Both the position numbers and the translations under genes were made by a program. Below are positions 35,468-45,242 of a DNA stretch of 53,268 nt, in pieces. The notes under the pieces are model-generated. The model was given only the letters and a program-made list of their open reading frames with translations. It was not told where the DNA came from and searched no databases. Source of the DNA: Candidatus Pacearchaeota archaeon (GTDB taxonomy: Archaea > Nanobdellota > Nanobdellia > Pacearchaeales > GW2011-AR1); assembly GCA_017608305.1 (NCBI GenBank), contig JAFCGC010000002.1, positions 1 through 53,268 on the forward strand. Reading direction: 5' to 3'. The first letter of the stretch is position 1; the number at the start of each line of letters is the position of its first letter.

Positions 35468-36139
35468 CTATTCCCCAAATCTTCTTTGTCTATCTGAGAA
35501 TTGTTGGATACACATCTGAAGATCTTCTTTTTCAAATTCAGGCCACATTTTATCTAAAAAAAACCATTCAGAATATGTTGCTTGCCAGGGTAAGAAATTT
35601 GAAGTTCTTTTTTCTCCTCCTGTTCTTATTATAAAATCAGGTTCATTTGTTAACCATAGGAATTGTTTTAAATTTTCTTCTGTTATTTTTTGTCCCGATT
35701 CTTTTAGTTTTTTTATTGCTTGGATTAATTCTTGGCGCCCCCCATAAGCAATAGCAAAATTAATCACATAGTTTGAGTAATTTTTTGTTTTTTCTTGGAT
35801 TTCATTACCTAAGTCTTGTAATTCTTGGTCTAAAAGTTCTGTTTTACCAACAAACCTTACTTTTATTTGATATTTATCTAGTCTTGAGTCTTGTTTTAAT
35901 TTTGTAGCTTCTTTTTTAAACAATTTCATCAAATATTCAAATTCTTTTTTGGGTCGATTGAAGTTTTCTAAAGAAAGACAGTAAAGAGTGAGTTCTTTTA
36001 TGTTAAATTCTCTACACCATTCCATTAAAGATTCTAGTTTTTGAGATCCATATTGGTGCCCTTTCCAAGGTTCTTTCATTAATCTTTTTGCAAATCTTCT
36101 GTTACCGTCAAGAATGATCCCTATATTTAGGCCTTTCAT
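35468..36139 (-). CDS. uppS: Polyprenyl diphosphate synthase (cis-prenyltransferase)
   Basis: IILDGNRR, S.ENFNR, YGGR.E, IRTGGE.RTSNFL.WQ. Confidence 0.95.
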   Translation of the reverse strand: MKGLNIGIILDGNRRFAKRLMKEPWKGHQYGSQKLESLMEWCREFNIKELTLYCLSLENFNRPKKEFEYLMKLFKKEATKLKQDSRLDKYQIKVRFVGKTELLDQELQDLGNEIQEKTKNYSNYVINFAIAYGGRQELIQAIKKLKESGQKITEENLKQFLWLTNEPDFIIRTGGEKRTSNFLPWQATYSEWFFLDKMWPEFEKEDLQMCIQQFSDRQRRFGE

Positions 36140-36185
36140 AGAATTATTTTAGAAAAACTATATTTAAATGTTTGTGTAGGATTAA

Positions 36186-36821
36186 TTAATTTTTAACTCC
36201 AAATTCAAGAATTAATTTTTCCTTTAGGATGTTATAATTTATTATTGGTAAGTTGAGAGGTATTATTTTGAAATATGCCTTATCTTTTGTAATGGCCTTT
36301 ATTTCAATACTATTTTCTAGTTTCATTATAGATATATCTTTTATAGATTTTACTCCTTTAAGTTCTATTTCATAAACTATTTTATCTGCTAATCTTCTTA
36401 GATTTGTTTTAGGTTCAATTCTAGGAAGTTTTGAGAAATTTTTTAACTTTGATTGGGGTAGATTTATTTGTTTTATTTTCTTTGGATTTTCAGATTTTTG
36501 TTGATTATTTAAATTAATCTCTTTTCCATTTATCATTAATCTAATATTTGTTTTAGGTTTTAAATTCTGAGTCTTCATTTCTTTTTGCATCTCTTTTTCT
36601 AACATTTTCATTGCACTGTTTAACATTTTATTAATCATATTTCCACTAATTCCTCCTAACATAGAATTAAAAGGTTGGTTTTGAATGTTTTGAGAATCAT
36701 TTTTTCCTAGCATCCCCCAATCTTCATTTTTTGAGTCTATAGGTGTTCCACAACTAGGGCAGAAATTATCTTTTCTGCTTATTTTGCTTCTACATTTTTT
36801 ACATTTATTTTTCTTGAACAT
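36186..36821 (-). CDS. Zn-ribbon protein with Hsp20-like C-terminal domain
   Basis: CKKC...CPSCG; EP.T......EIEL.GV...DI.I..LENSIEIKA. Confidence 0.65.
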   Translation of the reverse strand: MFKKNKCKKCRSKISRKDNFCPSCGTPIDSKNEDWGMLGKNDSQNIQNQPFNSMLGGISGNMINKMLNSAMKMLEKEMQKEMKTQNLKPKTNIRLMINGKEINLNNQQKSENPKKIKQINLPQSKLKNFSKLPRIEPKTNLRRLADKIVYEIELKGVKSIKDISIMKLENSIEIKAITKDKAYFKIIPLNLPIINYNILKEKLILEFGVKN

Positions 36822-36858
36822 GGTTAGTTGTATGTGCTTATGTTTAAATAGTTTAGGG

Positions 36859-38223
36859 TTAGTTAAACCTCAAATATTTCTTAATTGAGGCTATTTCATG
36901 AAATTCTTCTAGAAGAGTTGGTTTGCCTTCTTTTAGAATTAGATTTTTTATTGATTTTGTTCCTTTAAATTTTATTGTTTTCCTGACTTCTTTGAATTTT
37001 GGTAACCACCAGAATACAGCAATCATTCTGATGATCCCACCCAATATAAAAATAAATAATAGGGGTTCTATGAAACTAGTATTAAGAAATTTAATTAAAA
37101 TTGCTCCTAGGCCTGCTCCTAAAAATACTCCAATTCCCACTAAAAGATTATAATATGAAATTCCTAATCCTGTTTTTTCATGCCTTACATTGTCATAGAT
37201 GAAATTTATTGCAGCTAGATTAAATCCTGCCCAGGCAATTCCCCCTACAACTGATGGGATTAATATTAAATATATTGGAGAAGGAGAAATAATCCATAAT
37301 ATGGGGATTATTGGAACCATAAGAGTTGTTACACATAGGACACTATAATTACCATATTTGTCTGCAAATTTACCCCATAATTCTAGAACAAGTAGAGAAA
37401 AAAGAGTGCCTGCCATGACAATTATCATGTATATAGAATAACTGAATTCTAAATGCCGTAAAAGATAAACAGCTACTAATGGGGAGGATACTGCTGTTGC
37501 AAATCCTAAGAAAGATCTAAAAATTGTGAATTTACCAAAATTAGTTTTTGGTGCTGCTAAAACAAAATCCCAAAATGAGAAATAATCTTTTTTTTCAAGC
37601 TTTAATTTTGGTTCATGGTGTTTTTTGAATATGGTCCAACTTATTATTCTTGCTAGAAATGCAAGAAAAAATAAAATTATAAAACCAAACATTGTCCAGT
37701 CGTTTTTCTTGAAATAATCTAAAAATAAAGAAGCAGAAATTGCTAATACAACAGAACTAAATCCTATTATTAAACTTCTTTTTGAAAACCATCTTCCACG
37801 TTTACTACCTGGTACAACATCTCCTATCCAAGAAAACCAGGCAGGAATTCCTATGTGTGCCAGTATGGTGAAAATAGCAAAAGTCAATAATAATAAAAGA
37901 GGGAGAGTGCTCACAATAATTCCTTTGTAAAATAAAAATGCGATTACAATTAAGGGTAACCAAGTTAGAGCTTCTAAGAAAACTGATTTGAGGACTATTT
38001 TTTTTCTTGAAAATTTTTCTATTAATCTTGATCCAGGCAATTGACTTAAAGGACCTAATAAACCTGCTACTGAACCGAATAAAGCTACTAAGGAATTGCT
38101 TGCATTTATTGCAATTGCAAAAGGAGAAATATAGTTGATACCAAAAGAAGATTCAACTGACCAGAATATACCTTCTTTTATGCTATTATCTCTTGTTTCT
38201 TTTTTTAAATCTTTTTTCACCAT
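36859..38223 (-). CDS. MFS transporter
   Basis: About 12 TM segments, WG.FADKYG, RGRWF. Confidence 0.88.
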   Translation of the reverse strand: MVKKDLKKETRDNSIKEGIFWSVESSFGINYISPFAIAINASNSLVALFGSVAGLLGPLSQLPGSRLIEKFSRKKIVLKSVFLEALTWLPLIVIAFLFYKGIIVSTLPLLLLLTFAIFTILAHIGIPAWFSWIGDVVPGSKRGRWFSKRSLIIGFSSVVLAISASLFLDYFKKNDWTMFGFIILFFLAFLARIISWTIFKKHHEPKLKLEKKDYFSFWDFVLAAPKTNFGKFTIFRSFLGFATAVSSPLVAVYLLRHLEFSYSIYMIIVMAGTLFSLLVLELWGKFADKYGNYSVLCVTTLMVPIIPILWIISPSPIYLILIPSVVGGIAWAGFNLAAINFIYDNVRHEKTGLGISYYNLLVGIGVFLGAGLGAILIKFLNTSFIEPLLFIFILGGIIRMIAVFWWLPKFKEVRKTIKFKGTKSIKNLILKEGKPTLLEEFHEIASIKKYLRFN

Positions 38224-38270
38224 CTTTTATTACAATAATAATTAAATAGGGATTTATATTTTTAAATTAT

Positions 38271-38762
38271 ATGGCTGAAAGAACAGAGATTGAGAAGAGA
38301 GTTAGAAGATTAATCGCATCTGATATTACTTATAGGGTTTTACAGAACCTAGGAAACAAAGGAATTAGAAATCTTGATAAAAAAGTTACTGGTATACTGG
38401 AGTACATTGTTGAAAAAGAAATTATTGGAGATAGAGTTTTTGCTGAGGTGGTTTATGAACCAGAAGATAAAAAGGCAAGAAAAATTAGTGAAGCAATTTC
38501 AATTTTTAAAGAAAAGCATACAAAATATGGTAAAATTTTACAAAACCTTATTGATGAAAAAAGAAAACAAGAAAGTAATTATCTTATTTATGGACTAAAA
38601 CAAGGATTTAAATTATCTGAAGAAGATTATGTTCAGGTTATGATTGATTTGGGATTTGAAAAAAGAGAGGCTTCTTCTATTTATCCACATGTTTTATCTA
38701 TTTCTGAAAGGCTTAAGAAAGCTGATGAACAGGCCGAAAGGAAGATTTTGATTAAAAGTTAA
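38271..38762 (+). CDS. Hypothetical protein
   Basis: 163-aa ORF with typical codon usage. Confidence 0.7.
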   Translation: MAERTEIEKRVRRLIASDITYRVLQNLGNKGIRNLDKKVTGILEYIVEKEIIGDRVFAEVVYEPEDKKARKISEAISIFKEKHTKYGKILQNLIDEKRKQESNYLIYGLKQGFKLSEEDYVQVMIDLGFEKREASSIYPHVLSISERLKKADEQAERKILIKS

Positions 38763-38792
38763 TTTTTTATATCTCTTTTTTCTTTGTTTCCT

Positions 38793-40160
38793 ATGCCAAA
38801 AAAATTTTATATCACAACTGCAATTGATTATGTAAATGGAAGGCCTCATATCGGTCATGCCTTTGAGAAAGTTATAGCTGATGCTTTGGCTAGATGGCAT
38901 AAACAAAAAAAAGAAAAAGTGTTTTTTTTAACAGGAGTTGATGAAAATGCACAAAAAAACGTTCAAGCTGCAGAGGCTGCAGGAATTCCAGTTAAGAAGT
39001 TTGTTGATAAAAATACAGGACTTTTTCTTGATTTGGTAAAGACTTTAAACATTAGTCATGATAAGTTTATTAGGACTTCAGCAAAAGAGCATACAGAAGT
39101 TGTTTCTAAAATTTTAAACAAGATAATCAAAAAAGGAGATATTTACAAAGGAGAATATGAAGGATATTATTGTACTGGTTGTGAAACTTATATCACTGAA
39201 AAAGATTTAGTTAAGGGAAGGTGTCCTGAGCATGATAAAGAACCAGAACATAGAAAAGAAGAAGCTTATTTTTTTAAGCTTTCTAAGTATAGAGAAAAAC
39301 TAATTAGTTTTGCTAAAAAATATATTGTTCCTGAAAAAAGAAAAAACGAAATAGTTTCTAGGCTTAAAGAGGGATTAAATGATTTATGTATAACTAGAAA
39401 AGGAGCTGATTGGGGGATTGATTTCCCTAAAGATAAAAAGTATAAGGTATATGTTTGGGTTGATGCTTTAATTAATTATATTTCTGGTGCAAAGTCAGAG
39501 TGGCCTGCAGATGTTCATGTTATTGGTAAGGGAATTAATTGGTTTCACTCTGTAATTTGGCCAGCTATTTTAATGTCTGCAGGATATAAATTGCCAGATA
39601 CACTTCTTGTACATGGATATTTAATTACTGGTGGAAGAAAAATGTCAAAGTCTTTAGGAAATGTTGTTGATCCTTTAAAACTATTAGAGAAATATGATGC
39701 AGATTCTATAAGGTATGCTTTGTTAAGGTGTAGTATTTTTGATGATTCTGATTTTTCTGAAGAAATTTTAGTTGAAAGACACAATAATGAGCTTGCAAAT
39801 AAACTTGGAAATTTAGTTTCAAGAGTAAGTGGTCTTATTGAGAAAAATGGAGTTCAGAAGTGTGAGAATAAACTTTTGAAAAAGCTTAATGAAAAGAAAA
39901 TTGAGAAGTTTATAGGAGGATATGAGTTGGATAAAGCTTTGAATGAAATATTTGCTTTTATTGATATTTGCAATGAATATGTGCAAGCAAAAAAGCCTTG
40001 GGAAACTAAAAATGAAAAAGTTTTATTTGAGTTAAAAGAGTCTATATTAAAAATTTCTGATTTACTTTGGCCATTTATTCCAGAATCTGCTGACAAAATA
40101 AAAAGGATTTTTAGCGCAAAAAAAATTAAAAAATCAGAAATTTTATTTAAGAAAATTTAA
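38793..40160 (+). CDS. metG: Methionyl-tRNA synthetase (catalytic part, no C-terminal OB domain)
   Basis: YVNG.PHIGH, YVWVDALINY, KMSKS. Confidence 0.95.
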   Translation: MPKKFYITTAIDYVNGRPHIGHAFEKVIADALARWHKQKKEKVFFLTGVDENAQKNVQAAEAAGIPVKKFVDKNTGLFLDLVKTLNISHDKFIRTSAKEHTEVVSKILNKIIKKGDIYKGEYEGYYCTGCETYITEKDLVKGRCPEHDKEPEHRKEEAYFFKLSKYREKLISFAKKYIVPEKRKNEIVSRLKEGLNDLCITRKGADWGIDFPKDKKYKVYVWVDALINYISGAKSEWPADVHVIGKGINWFHSVIWPAILMSAGYKLPDTLLVHGYLITGGRKMSKSLGNVVDPLKLLEKYDADSIRYALLRCSIFDDSDFSEEILVERHNNELANKLGNLVSRVSGLIEKNGVQKCENKLLKKLNEKKIEKFIGGYELDKALNEIFAFIDICNEYVQAKKPWETKNEKVLFELKESILKISDLLWPFIPESADKIKRIFSAKKIKKSEILFKKI

Positions 40161-40741
40161 AGACTTCTTCTTTGTAAAAATTGAGAATCTATCTCTTGGT
40201 CAGGCATTTTGCAGGTTGCTTTTAAGGTTAAATATGGTTTTTTTGTAATTCTTTTTAACTTGTATAGACTTTTTTTTAATACAGTATAGGGGATCTGAAG
40301 TTCAACTAAAATAATATTATTTCTTCTTGTTCTATAATAGTGTTTTTCTATTCTTTTATTTGATCCTGTTCCTTGAAAAATTAAGTCTATTCCCCTCCCT
40401 CTTTTAATAATTTCTTCAAGGCTTTTAACTCCAGAATATAATTTTTCACAATCATCACCTATGGCCCTATAAATTTTTATTCTATCTAAAATAATTTTTC
40501 CATCTTCTTTTCTTACTTCTAATCTATTAATTTTTTTGAATAATTTTAGATTACTATTTATTTTTCTAGCAAAATTACTAATGCTATAGTATATTTCTTT
40601 AGAAAGAGTTCCATAAATAGTATTTTCTTCTTCTCTTTTAGGGGTTTTTATTTTTTCTCTTATTTTTTCTCTTATTTTTTCTCTTTTATATTCTTCAAAT
40701 AAAACTTCTTGAATAAATATTTTGTTTCTATTTAGTGCCAT
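40157..40741 (-). CDS. Hypothetical basic protein
   Basis: ORF from MALNRNK with TTTTATAT upstream. Confidence 0.55.
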   Translation of the reverse strand: MALNRNKIFIQEVLFEEYKREKIREKIREKIKTPKREEENTIYGTLSKEIYYSISNFARKINSNLKLFKKINRLEVRKEDGKIILDRIKIYRAIGDDCEKLYSGVKSLEEIIKRGRGIDLIFQGTGSNKRIEKHYYRTRRNNIILVELQIPYTVLKKSLYKLKRITKKPYLTLKATCKMPDQEIDSQFLQRRSL

Positions 40742-40801
40742 TAATTTTCTTGGTTTTAAGCATATATAAAAATTTATATATTGTTTTTTTGTGATTTTGC
40801 T

Positions 40802-41146
40802 ATGGTAGAGCGAGTAGTTGAGTTTAGTGATTGGAATAAGATTGATTTGCGAGTAGCTCAAATAATTGAAGTAGAAGATATTGATGGAGCTGATCAACTT
40901 TATAAAATAACTTTAGATGTTGGCCCTGAAATAGGTAAAAGAATTATTTGTTCGGGTCTTAAGTCTTATTATACTAAAGAAGAACTAAAAGACAAAAAAA
41001 TTATTTATTTTTCAAATTTATCTCCCAAAAAATTAAGGGGAGTTGAGAGTCAAGGAATGTTGTTAGCAGCAAGTACTGAAGATGAAAAAGAAGTTGTGTT
41101 ATTGACTCCTGAAAAAGATATTGAACTTGGTTCTAGAATTAGTTAA
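40802..41146 (+). CDS. tRNA-binding protein (Trbp111/CsaA/MetRS C-terminal domain)
   Basis: IDLRVA, ADQLY, NL.PKKLRGVESQGMLL. Confidence 0.9.
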   Translation: MVERVVEFSDWNKIDLRVAQIIEVEDIDGADQLYKITLDVGPEIGKRIICSGLKSYYTKEELKDKKIIYFSNLSPKKLRGVESQGMLLAASTEDEKEVVLLTPEKDIELGSRIS

Positions 41147-41147
41147 A

Positions 41148-42816
41148 TTAAAGATTAAAATTTAAGAATAAAATAGTCATTATTATAATAAACATGAATT
41201 CTGTTATAAATACTGCTCTTTCATTTTCTTTTATTGTAAATAGGAAAGCTAGAATAGCAAAGGGAATTGAAATAAGAAGAAGATATTTTATGGGATAGAG
41301 AATTGGAACCAAGATAAACATTAATGCAATTAAAATTCCTATTATTATTTTTCCTATTTTTTTCCAAAAACAACAGGAATTGTTTGAATATTATTTTCTT
41401 TGTCTCCTTTATAATCTTTGATATCTTTGAGTGTAGACCCAAAAGAATAAACAAGAAATACAAGTAAGGGAATTGGAAATGGGAGTATTGTAAATGTTGA
41501 AGCTTCCCCTAATAATGAGGTCCCAAAAAGAACAGCCATTAGACTACATAATCCTATGACAATATTTGGGATAAAAAAGAATCTTTTTAATTTATAGGGA
41601 GGTCCAGAATAAATAAATGAGTATGCTAGCATAAAGTAAAAAATAATGCTAGCTGCATAAAAATGTACTAGGAATGCAAATATTAAGGAGAAAGCAAAGA
41701 AAATTAAAGTAAAAATTTTATGATTTTCAGGTGTAAGCTCTTTTTGTATAAGCGGACGATATCTGTTTGAAATTCTATCTATTCCTCTATCAAATAAATC
41801 ATTAATCCCTACAGCAAATAACCAGGCAAAACTTAAAGAAATTAATAAGAATATAATTTTTAAAATCGAAATATCTGAAAAACTTGAATTAGTATAATAG
41901 GCTCCTAACATTATTCCAATAAAGACTAAAAATGAGTAGTGAATCAGTCTGAAAGGACGAATATTTTTAAAAAGAGATTTAATAGCTTCTTTATTAATTT
42001 TAAATTGTTTAAATTCTAGTAAATGTTTGGTGTCTATGATAAATTTTTTTATTCCTGATTTTTTATGTAGTATTATCCAAATAATTCCTAAGATTAACAT
42101 AATGGTTCCAAAACCTATTGCAAAATCTCTTGGATAAATTAGATAATAATTTATTGATGATAATTCAAATAACTTACTTATAGCTAGTCTATATGACATA
42201 TAGAAGAAAGTTATTGTATAGATTCCAAGTGCAGCAATTGTTGTTCTAAACCAACTTCTGGTTTTGGTTGCAATATATAAACTAGTAAGTAAAATTACTG
42301 CAGCTATCTCAATTCTTATTCCAATGGTTGCTTCCATTCCATATTGACCTGCACTATAAAAAGTATAATAGTTTTCTGCTAAATTATGAAGAACATAAGT
42401 CATCACAAATTTTTTCCCAAAGTAAACAATAGAGTTAATAATGGGTGCAATAAGGGTTACAAGCCAACCCAAGATAACTACTTTAGAAATATCTGAAATT
42501 TTTTCTTTACTAATTATTTTTAGAAAAACAACAATTGTGAAAAATAATGCAAACCAAAAAATGAGAATTCAAAATGCATGGCCCAATTTAATAAGAATTC
42601 TGGACATCCTATAAAATTTTCTAAGAAATCTCTTATAAGAGTTATAGAAATATAAGAAATAATCCATAACCAAGTACTAATTTCTAAATTAATTGATTTT
42701 TCTATAAAATCATTGAATTTGTTTAATAAATTGTTGAACCAACGAGTTCTTAAAAGTAGAAAAATCAAGATTGCTAAAATCAAAATTGATATTATAAAAT
42801 TAATTTCTAAACCCAT
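41148..42816 (-). pseudogene. UbiA-family prenyltransferase with N-terminal membrane domain, split by two frameshifts
   Basis: NDLFD..ID.IS..YRP, YSGPP, KDIKDYKGD; one added base in each of two homopolymer runs (near 42556-42561 and 41357-41363) gives a continuous ORF. Confidence 0.8.
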
Positions 42817-42869
42817 TTTTTCCTCTTTTGCAATTTAAGGTTCGAGAACTATATAAATTTGTTGCAAAA

Positions 42870-43646
42870 TTATTTTCTTAATCCTAATTTTTGAAGAATT
42901 CTGATAATCATTTTTTCTTTATCTTGATCTGAATCATAATTTATATCTAAAAGTTTTGCGGCTATTTCTTTGTAAGCTCTTGAGGCATTACTTTTTGGAT
43001 GAGTATGTACTACTGCATCTTTTTGACTTAATGATCTTTGAACATCTTTATCTTCAGGTACCATACCTATAATAGGAATTTCTAACATGTCTTTCACATT
43101 TTCAGGATTCATTTCTATATCATCTTTTTTAACTCTTGTAACAATAACTCCTAAAATTGGTTTTTTATAATATTCTGCTAATTTTATTGTTTTTAGTGCA
43201 TCTGTAATTGCTGCTATTTCTGGATTAGTTACTACTATTAATTCATCTGCCATTTGCATTGCTGCTCTTGCTTCTTCACCGAGTCCTGCAGCAGTATCAA
43301 TAATCACATAATCAGAGATTTTTCCAAAATCTTTTTTGAATTTTTTGAATTTTTCTGAGTCTACTTTTTTTAATTCTTTTATTGATAATGAAGAAGGCAT
43401 TATTTTTATTCCAGATTCATGTTCATATACTGCTTCAAATGGATCTGCTTTTCCTAATAACACATGGTTTAGGCTTATTGGTACTTCAGGTGAGTTTAGA
43501 TGGACTCCTATGTTAGGAGTTGTTAAATTTCCATCAATTACCAATACATCTTTGCCAAAATAATTCATAGCTGCACCTAGATTTATAGATGTGGTTGTTT
43601 TTCCTACCCCCCCTTTTCCTGATGTTATAATAATAATCTTTTTCAT
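42870..43646 (-). CDS. minD: MinD-family ATPase
   Basis: SGKGGVGKTT, IDT..G, VTNPE. Confidence 0.9.
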   Translation of the reverse strand: MKKIIIITSGKGGVGKTTTSINLGAAMNYFGKDVLVIDGNLTTPNIGVHLNSPEVPISLNHVLLGKADPFEAVYEHESGIKIMPSSLSIKELKKVDSEKFKKFKKDFGKISDYVIIDTAAGLGEEARAAMQMADELIVVTNPEIAAITDALKTIKLAEYYKKPILGVIVTRVKKDDIEMNPENVKDMLEIPIIGMVPEDKDVQRSLSQKDAVVHTHPKSNASRAYKEIAAKLLDINYDSDQDKEKMIIRILQKLGLRK

Positions 43647-43682
43647 TTTATTATTAATTATTTCCAGAGAAACTTTTAATTC

Positions 43683-44123
43683 CTATGATAAAAGAAATTG
43701 CTTTGTAGTACTTATAAACTTTTCTAACTTATCTGCATAGATTCTTAATTGCTCTAAATTAATATTTACCTCCTTTCCTTTGTAAATAACTTTTAATGTA
43801 ACATTTTTTCTAAATTCTCCAATTCTTTCTTTTCGTAAATCTCTGATTTTTTTGAACATTTCATACATATCAATAGCTTCTAAAAATTCTTTGTCTTTTT
43901 TGAAAACTTTTCTTATTTGTTCTATTTTTCCTACTGGGTTTGTGGAAATTGATGAAATCTTTTTTTTCTTTTTTGCTTTTTTTAATAGGGAATCAATACT
44001 TGTTTCAATCATTTTACTCCATCTTAGAAGTAGATTAACTATTACATCACAAGTTTTAGTGTATTTTAAGCTTACATATAATAAATGGTCCGCGCTTATT
44101 TTTTCTTGTATTATTTCTTCCAT
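43683..44123 (-). CDS. Hypothetical protein
   Basis: ADHLLYVSLKYTKT.DV; GGGGA upstream. Confidence 0.75.
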   Translation of the reverse strand: MEEIIQEKISADHLLYVSLKYTKTCDVIVNLLLRWSKMIETSIDSLLKKAKKKKKISSISTNPVGKIEQIRKVFKKDKEFLEAIDMYEMFKKIRDLRKERIGEFRKNVTLKVIYKGKEVNINLEQLRIYADKLEKFISTTKQFLLS

Positions 44124-44188
44124 TCCTTTCTTCTTTCTAAATCCCCATTTAGAATTATACAGAATAAGGATAATGGGCTTTTTATATT

Positions 44189-44653
44189 TTATTGTAAAAT
44201 TTTATTTTTTGTTTTTTCTAGAATTTTTTTAGATAACAACAAAAACTCTTTTATTTTTTCAAGAGGGATTGTTTTTGTTTCTAAGTTTTCTGATAAAATT
44301 ACTATTTTATTGTTTTTAACAAATTCCATCGAGCTTTTTTTTTGTTTTTCAACAATATCAAATAACTCAGAAATTAGTTTTACTTCATCTTGACTTATAT
44401 TATAGTGTTTTGCACATTTTCTTTCAAAAGTTTGGAAATTTGTTTTAGGATTTTTGAAGAGCCTTATTCTCTTATAGAGATATTCATATTGAAGAATTGA
44501 ATTAATGCAATACTGAAGTGCTTTTTTTACTTCTATCATTGTCTTTAATAGAAGTTTTTTATCTTTAATTAAAGGAAAACTTACATATGTCCAGTGATCT
44601 GCTATTTGGATGATTTTTTCTGCTTCCTGTAAATTTTCCAGGAATTTTGCCAT
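44189..44653 (-). CDS. Hypothetical protein (possible paralog of the adjacent gene)
   Basis: ADHWTYVSF resembles the neighbour's ADHLLYVSL. Confidence 0.7.
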   Translation of the reverse strand: MAKFLENLQEAEKIIQIADHWTYVSFPLIKDKKLLLKTMIEVKKALQYCINSILQYEYLYKRIRLFKNPKTNFQTFERKCAKHYNISQDEVKLISELFDIVEKQKKSSMEFVKNNKIVILSENLETKTIPLEKIKEFLLLSKKILEKTKNKILQ

Positions 44654-44698
44654 GAATATATGAGATATTTAGAATTAATATGGATTATGGTTTTGGAG

Positions 44699-45031
44699 TT
44701 ATTCACTTAACTTTAAAATTGCTTCTGCTAAATCACCTGTCTCTTTAAGAGCTACTTTAGCTTCTGACTCTGATTTTCCTGTTTTTTCTGCAACGATTTT
44801 AATATCTTCTTCACTAATACCTGTTTCTTCTTGGGGTTGGCCTGTTATTTGAAAGGTATCTTGGCCTTGCATTGATATTTTAGCCACATTTGGATTATCG
44901 AAAACAATTTTAGAACCATCATTTTTCTCGATTATTACCTTTGAAGCATCTATTTCTGTTTGATCCATTCCTAATTGTTTCATCATTGCTTGCATTTTTT
45001 TTGGATTAAAACCACCTAGTCCTGGAAACAT
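44699..45031 (-). CDS. nac: Nascent polypeptide-associated complex protein
   Basis: NPKKMQAMMKQLG, EEDI..V, GDLAEAI. Confidence 0.92.
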   Translation of the reverse strand: MFPGLGGFNPKKMQAMMKQLGMDQTEIDASKVIIEKNDGSKIVFDNPNVAKISMQGQDTFQITGQPQEETGISEEDIKIVAEKTGKSESEAKVALKETGDLAEAILKLSE

Positions 45032-45032
45032 T

Positions 45033-45191
45033 TTAACTGTAATATACTCCTAAGAAAACTCTGAAGATTATTATTAAAATTATGAATACAATAATATGAA
45101 GAGGCTTTAGCTTTATTTTACTAGTATATTCTTCACTAAATCTTGTTAAACCTCCAAATCCTCCTGGCAATTGAACTTTATTATCGGCCAT
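45033..45191 (-). CDS. secG: Preprotein translocase subunit Sec61beta/SecG
   Basis: MADNKVQLPGGFGGLTRFSEEYTSKIKLKP plus one TM helix, 52 aa; missing from ORF track. Confidence 0.88.
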   Translation of the reverse strand: MADNKVQLPGGFGGLTRFSEEYTSKIKLKPLHIIVFIILIIIFRVFLGVYYS

Positions 45192-45242
45192 GAAAAAAGT
45201 AATGACAAATAGTTTTTAAAACTTGTTGTGTGTTATTAGTTT

